From positions 51,896,001-51,960,000 of the forward strand of contig NC_045696.1 in the NCBI RefSeq assembly GCF_009834535.1: a DNA stretch of 64,000 nucleotides. The letters are read 5' to 3'. Below are positions 1 to 11,930 of the stretch, one piece after another. Under the pieces are notes generated by a model, which saw only the letters and a program-made list of their open reading frames with translations, searched no databases and had not been told where the DNA came from. The DNA comes from Camelus ferus. Lineage: Eukaryota. Positions within the stretch are counted from its first letter, which is position 1. Each line of letters begins with the position of its first letter. Position numbers and translations under genes: made by a program.

Positions 1-366
1 GGTTGGTTTCTAAGGCTCTTCTCCAATTTCATTTTTTAATCATTTTCCCTCTTACACCAGGGCCTGAAGCCTTGGGCATATGGTCGGAGAGGTCCCGTGA
101 ATGTCACGTCACAGGTGCCTTTTCGTGTTTTCATATACCTACTATTGTTTTCCATCTCCTAACCTGTTTAATTCACACTGTCTGTAAATATCATCAGAAT
201 CCTGGAAAGCCCACAAGACTTCCTTTTTCACCCTAAAGGTCTTCATCACTCTTGTTCTTGTTTTGATCTACAGATCTCTAAATAGGATGAAGTTCTCCAC
301 AAAGGCTACACAATTTGGCAAATCTCCTTTCCTTCCCTCCCTAACCGCAGGCTGCACTGACCTCAC

Positions 367-476
367 CTTCTTGGAAAAGTTTGCAGCATTGGCCTCCCAC
401 CCTGATGGGGCCTGACAGTGGTCCTTCAACAACAAACAAGGACAACAATGACCACAACAATAACAGAAAACACTCC
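367..476 (-). ncRNA. Candidate 110-nt non-coding cassette exon, same orientation as the main lncRNA exons
   Basis: Minus strand: ctcactttatgctttacAG|GGAGTG acceptor with CTCAC branch-like motif; AAG|GTGAGG donor. Splice signals only, no transcript evidence. Confidence 0.3.
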
Positions 477-3400
477 CTGTAAAGCATAAAGTGAGCGAGG
501 GGAGGGTGTAGAGCAACAGAAGTAAAACTCCAAAAGGGGACTAGGCCTGAGCAAACCACAGCATGAAACTATTTGTTCACAAAATTTATGATTTTTTTTC
601 CCCAGAGGAAATGGATAGGTGATGTTGTCTTCAAAGAACTAGTAAATGTAAATTAACAGATATGCAGCAAATGAGTGTACTTAACAATGATTTCCAGCTG
701 AAATGATTTTTTTTCTAGAGCCCAAGTTTTTGTTAAACTTAATCCTTACGCTCTTCCCTCTCCAGCAGCAGAAACATCTGGTCGGTTTTAGATTCCCCTT
801 GGATTTCCAACTTCAAAGGGAATTATAAAGAATAACAAATTCATGTACCGGCACTAAAAAAAAATTAGAGCAGCAGGAAAGAATGGTAAAATTGTCCTTA
901 TTTGACTGCTAGTGACAGCCGCCACCGGCAGAACTATGAGAAAAGACAAAGGCAAGATCACCTGTTGACAACTGGGGTTCCTGGAAGGAACTGAATCTTT
1001 GGCTACAGGCAAATAGGCACAGGGCACTTACAATCTCTGTAAGGAGATTTCTCCTTAAGTGAAAAATGAATAAATAAAAAAGTATAAAGAGTTAAAAGGT
1101 TAAAAAAAAAGTGGTTTACATGCACCTGTCACATAGTGATCATCAACAAAAGTTTGCTGAAAGGGTGACCTGGAGACAGTCTTGAGGATTCACCTAACCT
1201 CTGGGTTTTTAATTTTACTTGCAGAAAACGGTGTGAATTTTTAATCTACACAGGGCTGGATAAGTCATTCCAGAAGTAACTCAGGCTCCTAAGAATCCAC
1301 TAGACCTACCATGTCCGCATAAAAGATTAGACCTTCAAGGGTTTCAAAAGCAGTCTGTTTCTTCCTTATTCTGGATTCATATCAAAGGATGGCTGGAAAT
1401 CAAAATCCTACCAGAGTGGAGGAATAGGGTCTGAATGAACTATTGATATTTGTAGTTGCGCCAAGTTGTGCTTGACATTATGTTACAGAGCTGGATTTAA
1501 CTTTCTCCTCTGTCATTTTCCTAGCAAAACTGATACACATTTCTTAGAATGCAGGTCTTGATGTAATCAAAGATTAGAGACTAAGAACAGTTAAAGAAAG
1601 TACAATTTTGCTTTCTAATTGCCTCTTACAAATAGCCTTTCCTCTTTCCTGTTTTAAGTACAATGTATACGGCAACAACAATAAAAAAAAAAGACATGAT
1701 TAACTAATCAACTTGTCTGTGGACAAAGAGAGAGAGAAAGAGTTAAGGGCTAAAATGTCTTTAAATAATTAATTATAAAAGTCTTTAAACAGCAATTGGA
1801 GGTGACAGATCCCTACACCATAAATACATTAGGTGGATTCACAGAATGCTCATCCAAATCTCAGAAAGCAAATTACTTTTGAGGAAAAAGGGTATATTAA
1901 CAACACCTTACATACATAGAGTAGGATACATCAAATAGAACCAATTCTCTATGGCACCTAGCATGGTTTGCTAATGGAGCAGTCTCCCAAACAGAAGACC
2001 ATCTCCCAATGATGTTCTCTATACCACAGTCTTTGAGTCATCTCTAGTGAAGGGTGAAAAAAATGAAGACTTCTCAGCATTTCTAATCTGAAAGGACTGA
2101 GCTGGCTGCAAAACCATCTCCTTGAATATCTCTGCCTTGACTGGAGTTTTCCATCCTTCCCTTACCACTCCAGGTAAAGCAGAGTTACCAAAGATAATCT
2201 CAGTAAAAGAATGGCATAATTCCCATCCTATGTTAATTATGTGTGATAGTGTATTATGTGTCTTACAAAGTTTATCTAGAAAATATGCGAACTTCTTGAA
2301 ATACAGATCTAATGATATGAACAAAACATTTTTTTTCTTTTGCAACTATGTATGTGTTTAATTCTAAAATGAAAACCCTGGCTTGATAGGGACATTTGCA
2401 AAGGATTCTCTGCCCGATCTAAGCAGAATAATACAACCATGACCTTAAACTAAACTAGAGGGAAGGAGGTAGAGGATATGGAATACTACTTTATTCCAAG
2501 AAATGTTTTACAGCAAATATAACAATGATTGAACAAACACCAGGCCCAAAGGCCAAGCATAAGAAAATGTCACACATATACCAAGAAACAAACACTATCA
2601 TTAATAATAATTGTTGTAATTATAGCTAATAATAATTATTATAGCTATGATGAGACAATGATGGTTCGCTTGGGTATAACGCATAATACTTAAGCTAGAA
2701 AGAACTACAGGTAAACTTACTCTTCCCTTTAAAAGTCAGTTTATATTCTAGATTTACATGATATGAGCTACATAATCCAACACTACATGTAAGAAAAGGA
2801 TGCAGGAAAAAGTGAAGACTTATGCCTTGATTTCAGTTGTCGTGTTGTCAATATTTATCTTAAAATAATGATGAAAAGGTTAGCTATTTTAAAATATGGG
2901 TATAATGGGTTATGGTAAAATATCCTCTCCAGCTTTAAAATCGCATAGCGGCTAGTTCCTACCTATTTTTCCTTGGAATGCCTGCTTCAACGCCAAGCTG
3001 TCAGATACACTCCTGACCTTTTGAGGACATTTTAATGACAGTAGTGCCAGGCCAGGATAAAGGAGAAACAGAAAGGATCAGAAGACTGAGGGGAAAAAGA
3101 AACGAGATGGAAAGAAAAAAAATAGTTTGTACTGTTTACACCACTCAGTCTGGCCATCTTTACAGATGCTTTCTGTTTGCTTGGGATAGTTTATTGCTTA
3201 TGTTATTCCTTTTCTTTCTTTTTTTTCCCATGTGCTTTCCTCTACCAACTTTGTTTGAAAATATTTTGTATGTGTCCACACTGTAAACCCTCATATTCTC
3301 TTCAAGATTTAGTGCAGTGGAGAAGCTCTTTTTTCTACTTCCCCAAGGGTTAGGCACATCAATATTCTAGCTACTCATTTTCGAGGCCAATGGAAAATGT

Positions 3401-4369
3401 GCTCCTAAGATTAAATAGACCTCAGTAACACATAAATCCAGTTTATACTGATGCAAGATGTTACAGTTACTCGCATCCTGAATCTCTGATGAGTGGATTA
3501 CACCTGTTGGAACAGCCGCTGACCTGCAAGTCAGAGATAGCGAGGCAGGACAAGACCCTCATGACAGGCTCTCTGTGAAGAGCCTGTTTGCATGGAGAGT
3601 TCCTCCTTGTGGCTCTGGGTGGAAAGGAACTAGTCTAGCCATGGAAAGCTGGTCTATAGAGGGTTCTTTAAATATTCTCTGGATAAACTGGAATAATACA
3701 CACATGCACACAGGCAGTGAGTGCCCTTTGTTCTGAATGTACCGTCTCCCTCCCCCACTTCCCCAAACATAGTACTTGTTTAAAAAAAATTATTCAGTCT
3801 ATTAATGTATAATTTCTCCTTTTTCATACTTCCTAAGTGCTGCCTTAGGAAGAAACCTGTTTCTGTCAAGAAATCTTAAAAAACTACATACTTTTAACTC
3901 TAGTGCTACATTTGGTTTAAGTAGGTTCACCATATTTATCCAGGACAGGATGGCTGCAGGCACACTGGCTGGACTTCTAAGTAGTCAGAGGGCTATGTTT
4001 GCCTTTCACCTCAAATACAGGAATTCTATTATGACACAGCACATATCCAACATTGAGTATAATTAACATTGCATCAATCTGGCATGCAAAGTATTATCCT
4101 AAGTTTGAGTCAAGCGAAAAAAAAAAAAAAAAGATCATCCAAGAAACCTAGCCAAATACGTAAAATGTCTCACTAGTCAACCAAATTGCCCTTTGGCTTA
4201 CAGATGTGCCTAAGAATATTATGAAACACACTGATAAGATTTTATGATCAAATTGTTACATTTTAGAAAATATGATGACAGTATACTCAGAAGAAAAATA
4301 CTCCTACATACAATGATTAGAACTATTTATCTGAATATTTTTAACACTCATGTGTAAAAGGTCCTGATG

Positions 4370-4560
4370 GACCTAAAATATTGATGGACTAAATGCTATG
4401 ATGACTGGAGTCCGCTCCCAAAAACATGGCGGTAGCACAGGAAAACGGCAGGCCATGAGTTAATCCCTGTGCAGGCTGGGTGATGGGTATGTGGGAGTTC
4501 ACTGTAGTAATCTGCCTTACATTCATGTACTTTAAATTTTTCATAATAAAAAATTTAAAA
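4370..4560 (+). mobile_element. L1M (L1MC/ME-type) 3' UTR fragment
   Basis: gggtgatgggtatgtgggagttcactgtagtaatctgcc...aaatttttcataataaaaaa resembles old L1 3' termini. Confidence 0.6.
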
Positions 4561-4719
4561 ATTTATACTGATTTGAACCTTCATTTGTTGACTCATTATT
4601 TATTGACTGATTCATTTACTTTTTATATGCAAGATACTATGGACCAAAAAGTGAAAAAAAAACCCCAAAAAACAAAAAAAATATTTTTCTTAGACATTTA
4701 GGTTAAGTAAGCTATTCCT

Positions 4720-5015
4720 CTTCAGAAATAGTATATATTGACTTAAAATGATATTTATAAGGACTATGTAATTACATGCAGAATACTTAGGTTAACTTTT
4801 GAAAGCAGGACATGAAATTATGTGGAATGTATGATTACACCATGTTTTAAAAAATATGTCCTCAGGGGAAAATGAGAGTAAGGAAATATATCAAATGGTT
4901 ATTAATGATTGGATTTAAATTATAGAAATAATTACTTTAATTTTTCTTCATTTTATTCCAATGTGTTTTTCCAAATTATTTTTAATAAGCATGTATCATT
5001 TTAAAATGAAAATAA
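4720..5015 (+). mobile_element. Degraded L1ME-like 3' fragment
   Basis: aaagcaggacatgaaattatgtgg...aaggaaatatatcaaatggtt...ataagcatgtatcattttaaaatgaaaataa pattern. Confidence 0.5.
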
Positions 5016-6039
5016 ATATTTATTCATTAGTGGATCAGATGTGCTTTCCTTTCCCAAGGAGCTTTTCATTTACTAAAACAGAGAAACTACAAATACACAG
5101 CATTGCCCTGATAGTTTAAATCTTCACACCTAGAAGTGAAAAACACCCACAGGAAAAGAAACGTCAATACAGATTTTATCTGATCATAGAAACATAAAGA
5201 GCTTTCTGTGTGTTGGATAGAAATAGGGGAGGAACTGGCTTCTTTGCAAGCCAAGAAAGAGTGTGAAATTCAGGCCATTTTGTGATGAGATCATTTTGCA
5301 ATGAATGCAAAAGGAGTGACAAATGAAAGTTACCACATGAGCCTGTCCCTCAAACTCTTTACACACACCGATATGAGTTTCTTTTCGGGCAGCATAATAA
5401 GTAAAGTGTGGGAGTGAGAGTGGGAGTGGGAAGGGTGGGGAGTTACAATCATAAAGGCTTGTGTCCTTCACTGGCGAGATGGATATGTTCAGAGAGACAG
5501 ATAGATGTGCAGCAGAATTGGAAACAAAAATACAGTGGCAACTATGGATTATGTGCAATGGATATGGAAAGTCTCTGTTAAAAAGCTCTCTTTGTCACTT
5601 CTAAGAGATTATTTTCCTCATTTTATGCATATTCATATAAAGTGAAGCCAAGAGTGTAACTTTCAAAGGTTTGGATGAATATGATGTTCGTGACTAAACA
5701 GGCCTGGCTGGAGCCAGGCAGGGTATAGTCAGATGCCAGGCAAGTCACCCCTTCACTCCTCCCTCTCTGGTATATTTGCTGGTGCATTTCTATGCAGGCC
5801 AATCTCTAGCTAACTCACTTCTTTCAGGCTCTGTCTGACTTGATGATGCTCTACCAATATACCCTCAGTCCTGACCTGCACTCTCCTCCCAGCCACCTAA
5901 ATCTCAAGAATTGTAGAAACTTTGAATATTGAAACTTTACAAATTCTCACTAAAAAGACACATCAACCTCAAAGTTTCAAACCTACGCTCACTTGCAGCC
6001 CTGGTGTTGGTCCTCTTACTTAACTGGTAATGGGCGGGG

Positions 6040-6260
6040 GTTGGTTTGTTTACATCGCCTTTGTTTGTGGGTATACAAAAGAGCAATCGTCTGATTTTAA
6101 GATTGATCTAAATGAAGCAAATGCATTTCAAATTTGCAGCATATCATCGAATAATAACAGCTAATTCAAAGCATCACAAAATATGTTTGCAGGGTTTTGT
6201 TTGCATAACACCAAAGCATCCAATGTTCTACATGGGAAACATCCTCTCTGTCCACTCAGG
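6040..6260. promoter_or_regulatory. Putative intronic enhancer (FOX/SOX/POU motifs)
   Basis: TGTTTAC (6047-6053), CTTTGT, tttgtttgcataac (POU-like plus FOX/SOX) and retained CpGs in a repeat-free stretch. Confidence 0.4.
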
Positions 6261-6609
6261 TGTCTCCTTTGGAAATACATATGTCTCTGGAGAGTCTACT
6301 AAGCAAGTCTTTTGAATATTTTCACCCCAGCAAAATCACTGTACAGCAAAAGTTGAAATCTATGATAATAGGTTCTTGAGATCATGTTTCTGATCATTCT
6401 AAATGATGGTATTTCAAATGAACAAAGAAGATATGCAATAGGTACCCTTGACCAATGTCAAAAATACATTTGGTTCAAATTTAGGACTTGAGGTGGTAGA
6501 CTCACCACAGTGTTAGATCTAATTCTTTCCAAGGTTGGGAGAAATGTACTTGACTTCTTTGCACCTTAATATTTTGGACTGTCATTTAGAGAAGATAAAA
6601 GTTTCTTAC

Positions 6610-6657
6610 CGGACAGCAATGTCGTGAAGAATATCCGGTTAGTGATGGTGAAACATT
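6610..6657 (-). ncRNA. SOX2-OT: 48-nt internal exon of a spliced non-coding transcript; tentatively SOX2-OT (exon call more secure than gene identity)
   Basis: Minus strand: CTAAC branch point (6683-6687), ctcttttcatttcAG acceptor, exon AATGTTTCACC...GCTGTCCG, donor CCG|GTAAGA. Identity inferred from recalled architecture (first exon, ~3.7-kb intron, tiny second exon); not verified by search. Confidence 0.6.
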
Positions 6658-8626
6658 CTGAAATGAAAAGAGTACCGTCAATGTTAGGCATTTAACAAAT
6701 GTCTGACAACATGGCAGTCGTAGAAAATAACCCACTTACTTCTCACTCGGGGCACTGACTTACTGATACTATATAAAAAGTAAAGGACGCTCCCTTTTGA
6801 GAATGAAAATACAGCTGTGCCCTGAGAAAGCGCTTCTGTAGCTGCCTGTGTGTTTAACTTTAAAGCTCTAACCAGTTGCAACCAGTTGTAAATGACTTGC
6901 TGCCTATTTCTGCAATTCATTGTAACTTGTGTTGAGAAAGTTATGTTTTATGGTTAATTATCCATGGTCTGTTTAAAAAAATAAATCAAACCATTGTGAA
7001 CCACCAGGATTTGCAGCTCCATTTGAACTTTACTGTACTTTTGATTAAACATTTTGTAAATAAAAACAAACTGGTTTCTCCTTGTTTGGGGTTGTTTGTT
7101 ACTTGTGTTCTGGGAATAAATATTGTGGCAATGGCGGTAGAACAAGCTATGGATTATTTACCCCTGGTTTCAAGAGTTGTGAGTTACTGGCCTCATCCTC
7201 TTTCATGAGTATAAATAAATGTATAGCATTATATTCCAAGTCCTGTAAGGCAACTGGAACGAGTGAACTGAAACCTTTTAAAACCAAAACCTTTTATGCT
7301 AAGTCACAGAGCAACAAAACAAACCCCAAATTAACATTTAAAAAGCTTCTACTGTGGAGCAACAAAATCCCCAAATATTATATAATCTGCATTTTAAAAA
7401 TTGCTTCCCTAACAAGCAGCAGTCTATCAATAATTCCACATGCATGTCTTTTCACTGTTTTTATAATGGAGACGCCATAGGTGGTTTTACGAGAGATCAC
7501 CTCCCACCCTCAATATCACCACCAGAATGAAGCTCTGAAAATAATTATTAAGCATAATAACTTAAGCCAAAATTGATTTAGGAATATCAGGAATTATTGG
7601 AGCTAAAAGTAATGAAACACTATATAAAAGAAGAATTCTATATAAAAGTTGTCTCTTGTCATCATCCTACGACCTATATAAACAAAAGAAGTCTAAAAAA
7701 TAATTGCCCTGGGAAAATGAGAAAAGCCAAGATTCAAAGGACCCTGTGGCAGGGTGCAGCAGGAGTATATTTGAAACCCAGAATCATTTGTACCGAACAT
7801 ATTTGCATATGAAACTTAACGAGGATCACCAAAGGACCTTGCCCAAAATTATGTTTTTAAAATGAACCAATGGTCTGTGCAGTACTGACCATTAAAAAGG
7901 ACCTCTAGGAAAGATATAAAATTGCTCTCTGCAATTTGTCACTTTTAGAAAGACAGAGACAGGACAGAAAGGGCTTCTTATACAATGGAATGATCTGTCC
8001 ATTGCTGAAGCTTGAAGAGCACTGTGTAGGATTTCATCTTACCCCTTTACTACTTGCATGGCTTACTGCTTACCTGCAGAAGCACTGCGAGGAACAGCAC
8101 TGCAGCTCACCAAAACATGGTAAAATATTCATGAAGCAGCTACTATGTGCCAGGCACAACTAGAGTGATTCTTCTCAAAAAGGTAACTTGGTGACTGAGG
8201 TTCTTGTTGCAACATTAAAAAATATCTTTTACTGCTGCCAACAGCAACGAGAAGCCAGGTTTAAAGAGTTGTGAAAGACTTCTGAAAAATTAGAAAATTA
8301 AAAAAACTTGCCCTAGCTTCTTGCATGCCCTTGGAAATAGAAAGTTTAGGCCTGCCAGCCCTGCCAGCCCTGCCTAAGCCTGGTTCCTACACTGCAGAAA
8401 AAAAGCTAGAAGTAGCCTACATGTTCCCAGGGCCGTGGCTACAAATGAAAATGAGGGAGGAATAGAATCAGTTGGCATTCACTGGCGTTGAAAGTTCTGC
8501 CCTGAGCATGGTTCAGAGAGTGCAAAAACCCACCGAGATCGAATTGGAAGCTACTCTAATAAACTGAGGCACGGAAAAAAAATCCAAAGATGTTTTACTC
8601 AAAGACATCTTCCTCTACTTCTTTTA

Positions 8627-8641
8627 TAACCAGATGGCGCC
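8627..8641 (+). promoter_or_regulatory. Possible CTCF site
   Basis: taACCAGATGGCGCc matches 12 of 14 positions of CCASYAGRKGGCRS and retains a CpG. Confidence 0.4.
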
Positions 8642-9351
8642 AACTATTTTTGACAATCAAGAAAATGCTCCTCTATAAAGTTCTAAGGTTTCTTTTAAAC
8701 CCAGGCAAACCCATTTGAAAATGAGAGCATTCTAAATGACTCCCTGTATACACCAAAAATAAGTGCTTAGTTAAGATGATTAATCATGTTAAAATTACAT
8801 TAGAAAGAAACATTTTACATGGTGCAGAATTCATTTTGATAACCAGGTACACACATACAAAACTGCCTATTGGAATCCACACTCAGCTGTGTCCCTCGTG
8901 AAGAATATATGTGTGAATATGATTCCCTGCTTGAAGATGAATATTTTGACCAATTTTCATTATTTTTCCACAAACAAATCTATCTGAGCTATAGATTCTT
9001 TCAAGGAAGAAAAAAGCTAAAAGGAAATGTATTTATAAAATACTTAAAAACATACGCTAGCTTGGTCATTATTCATATTAAGACAACAAAAGCTGTTCCC
9101 ATGTCATCATACATACAGAGATATGATAACCCCAGTGACCTTGATCATTCAGTTGTTACAACAGAGAGCCACATATTCAGGCAATGAAATATGAAAAACC
9201 AGACAAAACTCTCCAAGCTTTGATTTTTATCTTTATGCAACAGATTTTTCCATACTAAAGGAATCCCAAATTCAATAGCTAACATATAAGAGAAAGTTAA
9301 ACAAACTAGGAAATAGCCTGAATCTTTTTTAAAAAGTAAAGCAAAACTCAC

Positions 9352-9640
9352 CGCCTACCTTCAGTAAAACCACATAAACCAATTTCGTATGGCCTTTCCA
9401 ACTGACCCAAAGGAACGACATGACCCCAAATACACAGAGCTGAGGTGCCTCAGTGGCTCCTGCTCAGACCCACCCCCTCCCGCCCACTTTCACCTTCTCC
9501 GATGGCGCTAAGAAGGCTGGGAGCTGCTGCCGCGCTGCGCCTCTCACACCTGACCTTACTTTCTTCTGGCAGAAACCTCACGATGCCTAGTGCTGCGCTC
9601 CCCAGCATTTTGTAGCCATTTTACAGCCATCTGATAGGAA
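9352..9640 (-). ncRNA. Alternative exon / alternative 5' end with several donors (exon ends at 9560, 9550, 9359 or 9352)
   Basis: Acceptor tttgttttgtccttcctattttAG (exon start 9640); donors AAA|GTAAGG, CAG|GTGTGA, AAG|GTAGGC, GCG|GTGAGT; locally GC/CpG-rich at 9480-9600. Confidence 0.45.
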
Positions 9641-10237
9641 CTAAAATAGGAAGGACAAAACAAACCCCCAAAGCCCCCAACCCCCCTCATCAGACAACCC
9701 CTCTCGGTTCCCAGAAGACATCAGTCAGTTAAGTGAAACAAGGTATTATAACAGGGAAGGAAGACCGACAAACCTCATATAAACCTCACTGTGTCCCATT
9801 TAAGCTGGGAACGAAGTTACTCCAATGAAAAGTAGTGAGTGTGGGAAAGGAGTGGAGAGTTACAAAGAGAGAACGAGAGACAAAAACAAAACGAAACTTT
9901 CATTATACATTTGAGACTTCAAGACAGTACAATGAATTCAAAGGTGTTCCAAGGAATAGTGCGACAGAAAGTTTGAAATGAGAATTCCAGAAACTACAGG
10001 TTCTTAAATGGAACTGTTGCTCAGGGGACAAATTCTATAGGGAGTTTGAATTAAGTGTCTGCTGTAGCATCTAGATGTTTTTCTCTTTCATTAAGACTTT
10101 GGGGTTTGAATGTACTTTGTCATGAGAAAAACACAGTAGAGCTTTATACAGCCCCCAAAGTAAAAAGTAAGAGAAAGACAGAGTTTATATAACCAGCTTT
10201 TTACATAAATATTACATCAGGATACATTTCAAATGAA

Positions 10238-10259
10238 AACACACACATACACACACACA
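10238..10259. repeat. (CA)n microsatellite
   Basis: acacacacatacacacacacag. Confidence 0.85.
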
Positions 10260-10384
10260 GCTGTCTTCCTTATCCTTTCTATTTTAAAATGCATTTCATA
10301 CTTTAAATGTTGTTGATTTTTCACAAAATAAGTAAAAACCAAGTCAGCGTTAAACGCCTCAGAATAATTTTAGTCTTATATTAC

Positions 10385-10750
10385 CTGGAAAATTTACCAC
10401 ATCATGGAGGGTCACCAAATCCTGTTTTAAAGCCGGTTAAGGCACTGACAATTATGGGATGTTTTGCCGCAGCCCAGGGCAACTAGAAATGGTCATGGAT
10501 GTTAGCTGACTCCCTTCTCAACAGTCTGAGAAAAGGGAAAAAAAAACTGTAAGTTTTCCCCATCTGTTATTTCCTTTTTTTTTTCTTTTTGGCTGTGGAA
10601 AGTAAAATTATGCAAGAGCTTTTGAATGTAAAGGCTGTGTGTGCTTTTTCCCTTTTTGTCTCTGTGTACCGGTTATGCGATGTTGCGTAACTGAGTAGAG
10701 AGTAGGCGGTTAGCGTTTACTATTGATTTACACTCTGCCATCTAATGAAT
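10385..10750 (-). ncRNA. SOX2-OT: Non-coding first exon (5' end approximate) with an internal acceptor giving a 141-nt form at 10385-10525; tentatively SOX2-OT proximal exon 1
   Basis: Donor CAG|GTAATA at 10385/10384; acceptor ttttcccttttctcAG at 10526-10527; stops in all three frames of 10385-10525; retained CpGs at 10670-10715. Gene identity is inference, not a search result. Confidence 0.55.
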
Positions 10751-10900
10751 TCAGAACACTTAAAAGAAAGGAGCAGGAGGGGGAGGGAGGAAAAAAGAGA
10801 AAGAAACGGAGAGGAAAACGGAGAAACAGAGGACCGAGAGAAAGAGCTCATTTAAAGAAAATAATTCTATCGCCTGAAATAGTTTGATTCTTATTCCCTC
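10600..10900 (-). promoter_or_regulatory. Putative promoter/TSS region of the minus-strand transcript
   Basis: CpG cluster, C/EBP-PAR bZIP-like TTGCGTAA (10683-10690) and TTATGCAA (10608-10615), ONECUT/FOX-like gtaaatcaatagtaaac on minus strand, GA-rich tract 10765-10850. Confidence 0.45.
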
Positions 10901-11849
10901 TAGCTCTGACTTTCAGTTATTGTTCAGGTCTCAGAAAAATGAACTTGAGCTAGTGACCCCAATATTCCAATCTTATTTCTAATGAGGATTACTGGCAGGT
11001 GAATGTCTGAAAGTACTAATGTGTCAAATTACTTGAAAGCGATTCCACTAAACTGTCAGACTTCTCCATATGCACTTATTTATCATTCTCTCTATGCCTT
11101 TGTGAATCTGTATCTGTGATAGCCCATGTTATGGTCCAACTAGTTTACCTAGTCACGAATATCATTTGAAAGACACACAGGGATATCATCAAGGCAAGGA
11201 GAAATATGTTCAATTTTACCCATCTCCTTTAAAAATGCATGAAGAATGCATTTAGAAATCTTCGAATAGGTCACTGTTTTACTTTGAAGAAGACATGCCA
11301 CACGTCATTTGGCTACACAGAACAGCCCGATAGAGGACAATGGAAGTGAAAATGGCAAAACGAGGAGAGATTCTAAACAGATGAACATGCTTGTAAAAGA
11401 AATGTAAACAATTACGTATACTGTGCTTATGGAGAGCACATAAAATTTAACATTTGATCTGGATGGTTACAGATACCCCCAGCCCTCTGAGGCTGCCCGG
11501 TGCTTCCCACACTACACAGTGAGTTCCCAAATCTGAGGCTAGGAAGATGAAGTGGATTCTTCTGTTAGGCACAGGCCCTCCTATACCTGAGTGCCTCCTA
11601 TAGCTGAGGACAGGCCCTAAGGGAGAAAGAGAAACAGGAGTCCTCTTTATTAATGACCGGCTAGAGAGCAAGGCAGAGAGTCTGCATCCTTCCTGAATGT
11701 GGGCTTGTCAGTGGCGACTGGGAAAAATCTCAGGAGGTCATCCAAAAGAAAGAACAAGAGTCTGGGGTTTCATTTCTGATCACCCAGTGATCTCTTTTCA
11801 TCCATTTTAGTTGTCCATTTTCAGAGATGCATTCATGACCGACGGTTCT

Positions 11850-11930
11850 GTGCACACAGCTTATATCTAGCACCTAGCACGGTGCTTGGCACGTTCCCTA
11901 TGCTCAGCAAATATTTATTGAAACAGTAAA
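11850..11930 (+). mobile_element. L2 3' terminal fragment
   Basis: tctagcacctagcacggtgcttggcac...tgctcagcaaatatttattgaa. Confidence 0.65.

Noticed and set aside
3564..3587. 9-bp hairpin acaggctct...agagcctgt (similar ones near 5702, 55286, 58261)
   Set aside because: Short stems are expected by chance in 64 kb and are too small for pre-miRNAs.
6610..6657. Coding micro-exon (48 nt, NVSPSLTGYSSRHCCP)
   Set aside because: The neighbouring 10385-10525 exon has stops in all frames and I recognise no matching protein; non-coding preferred, though not excluded.
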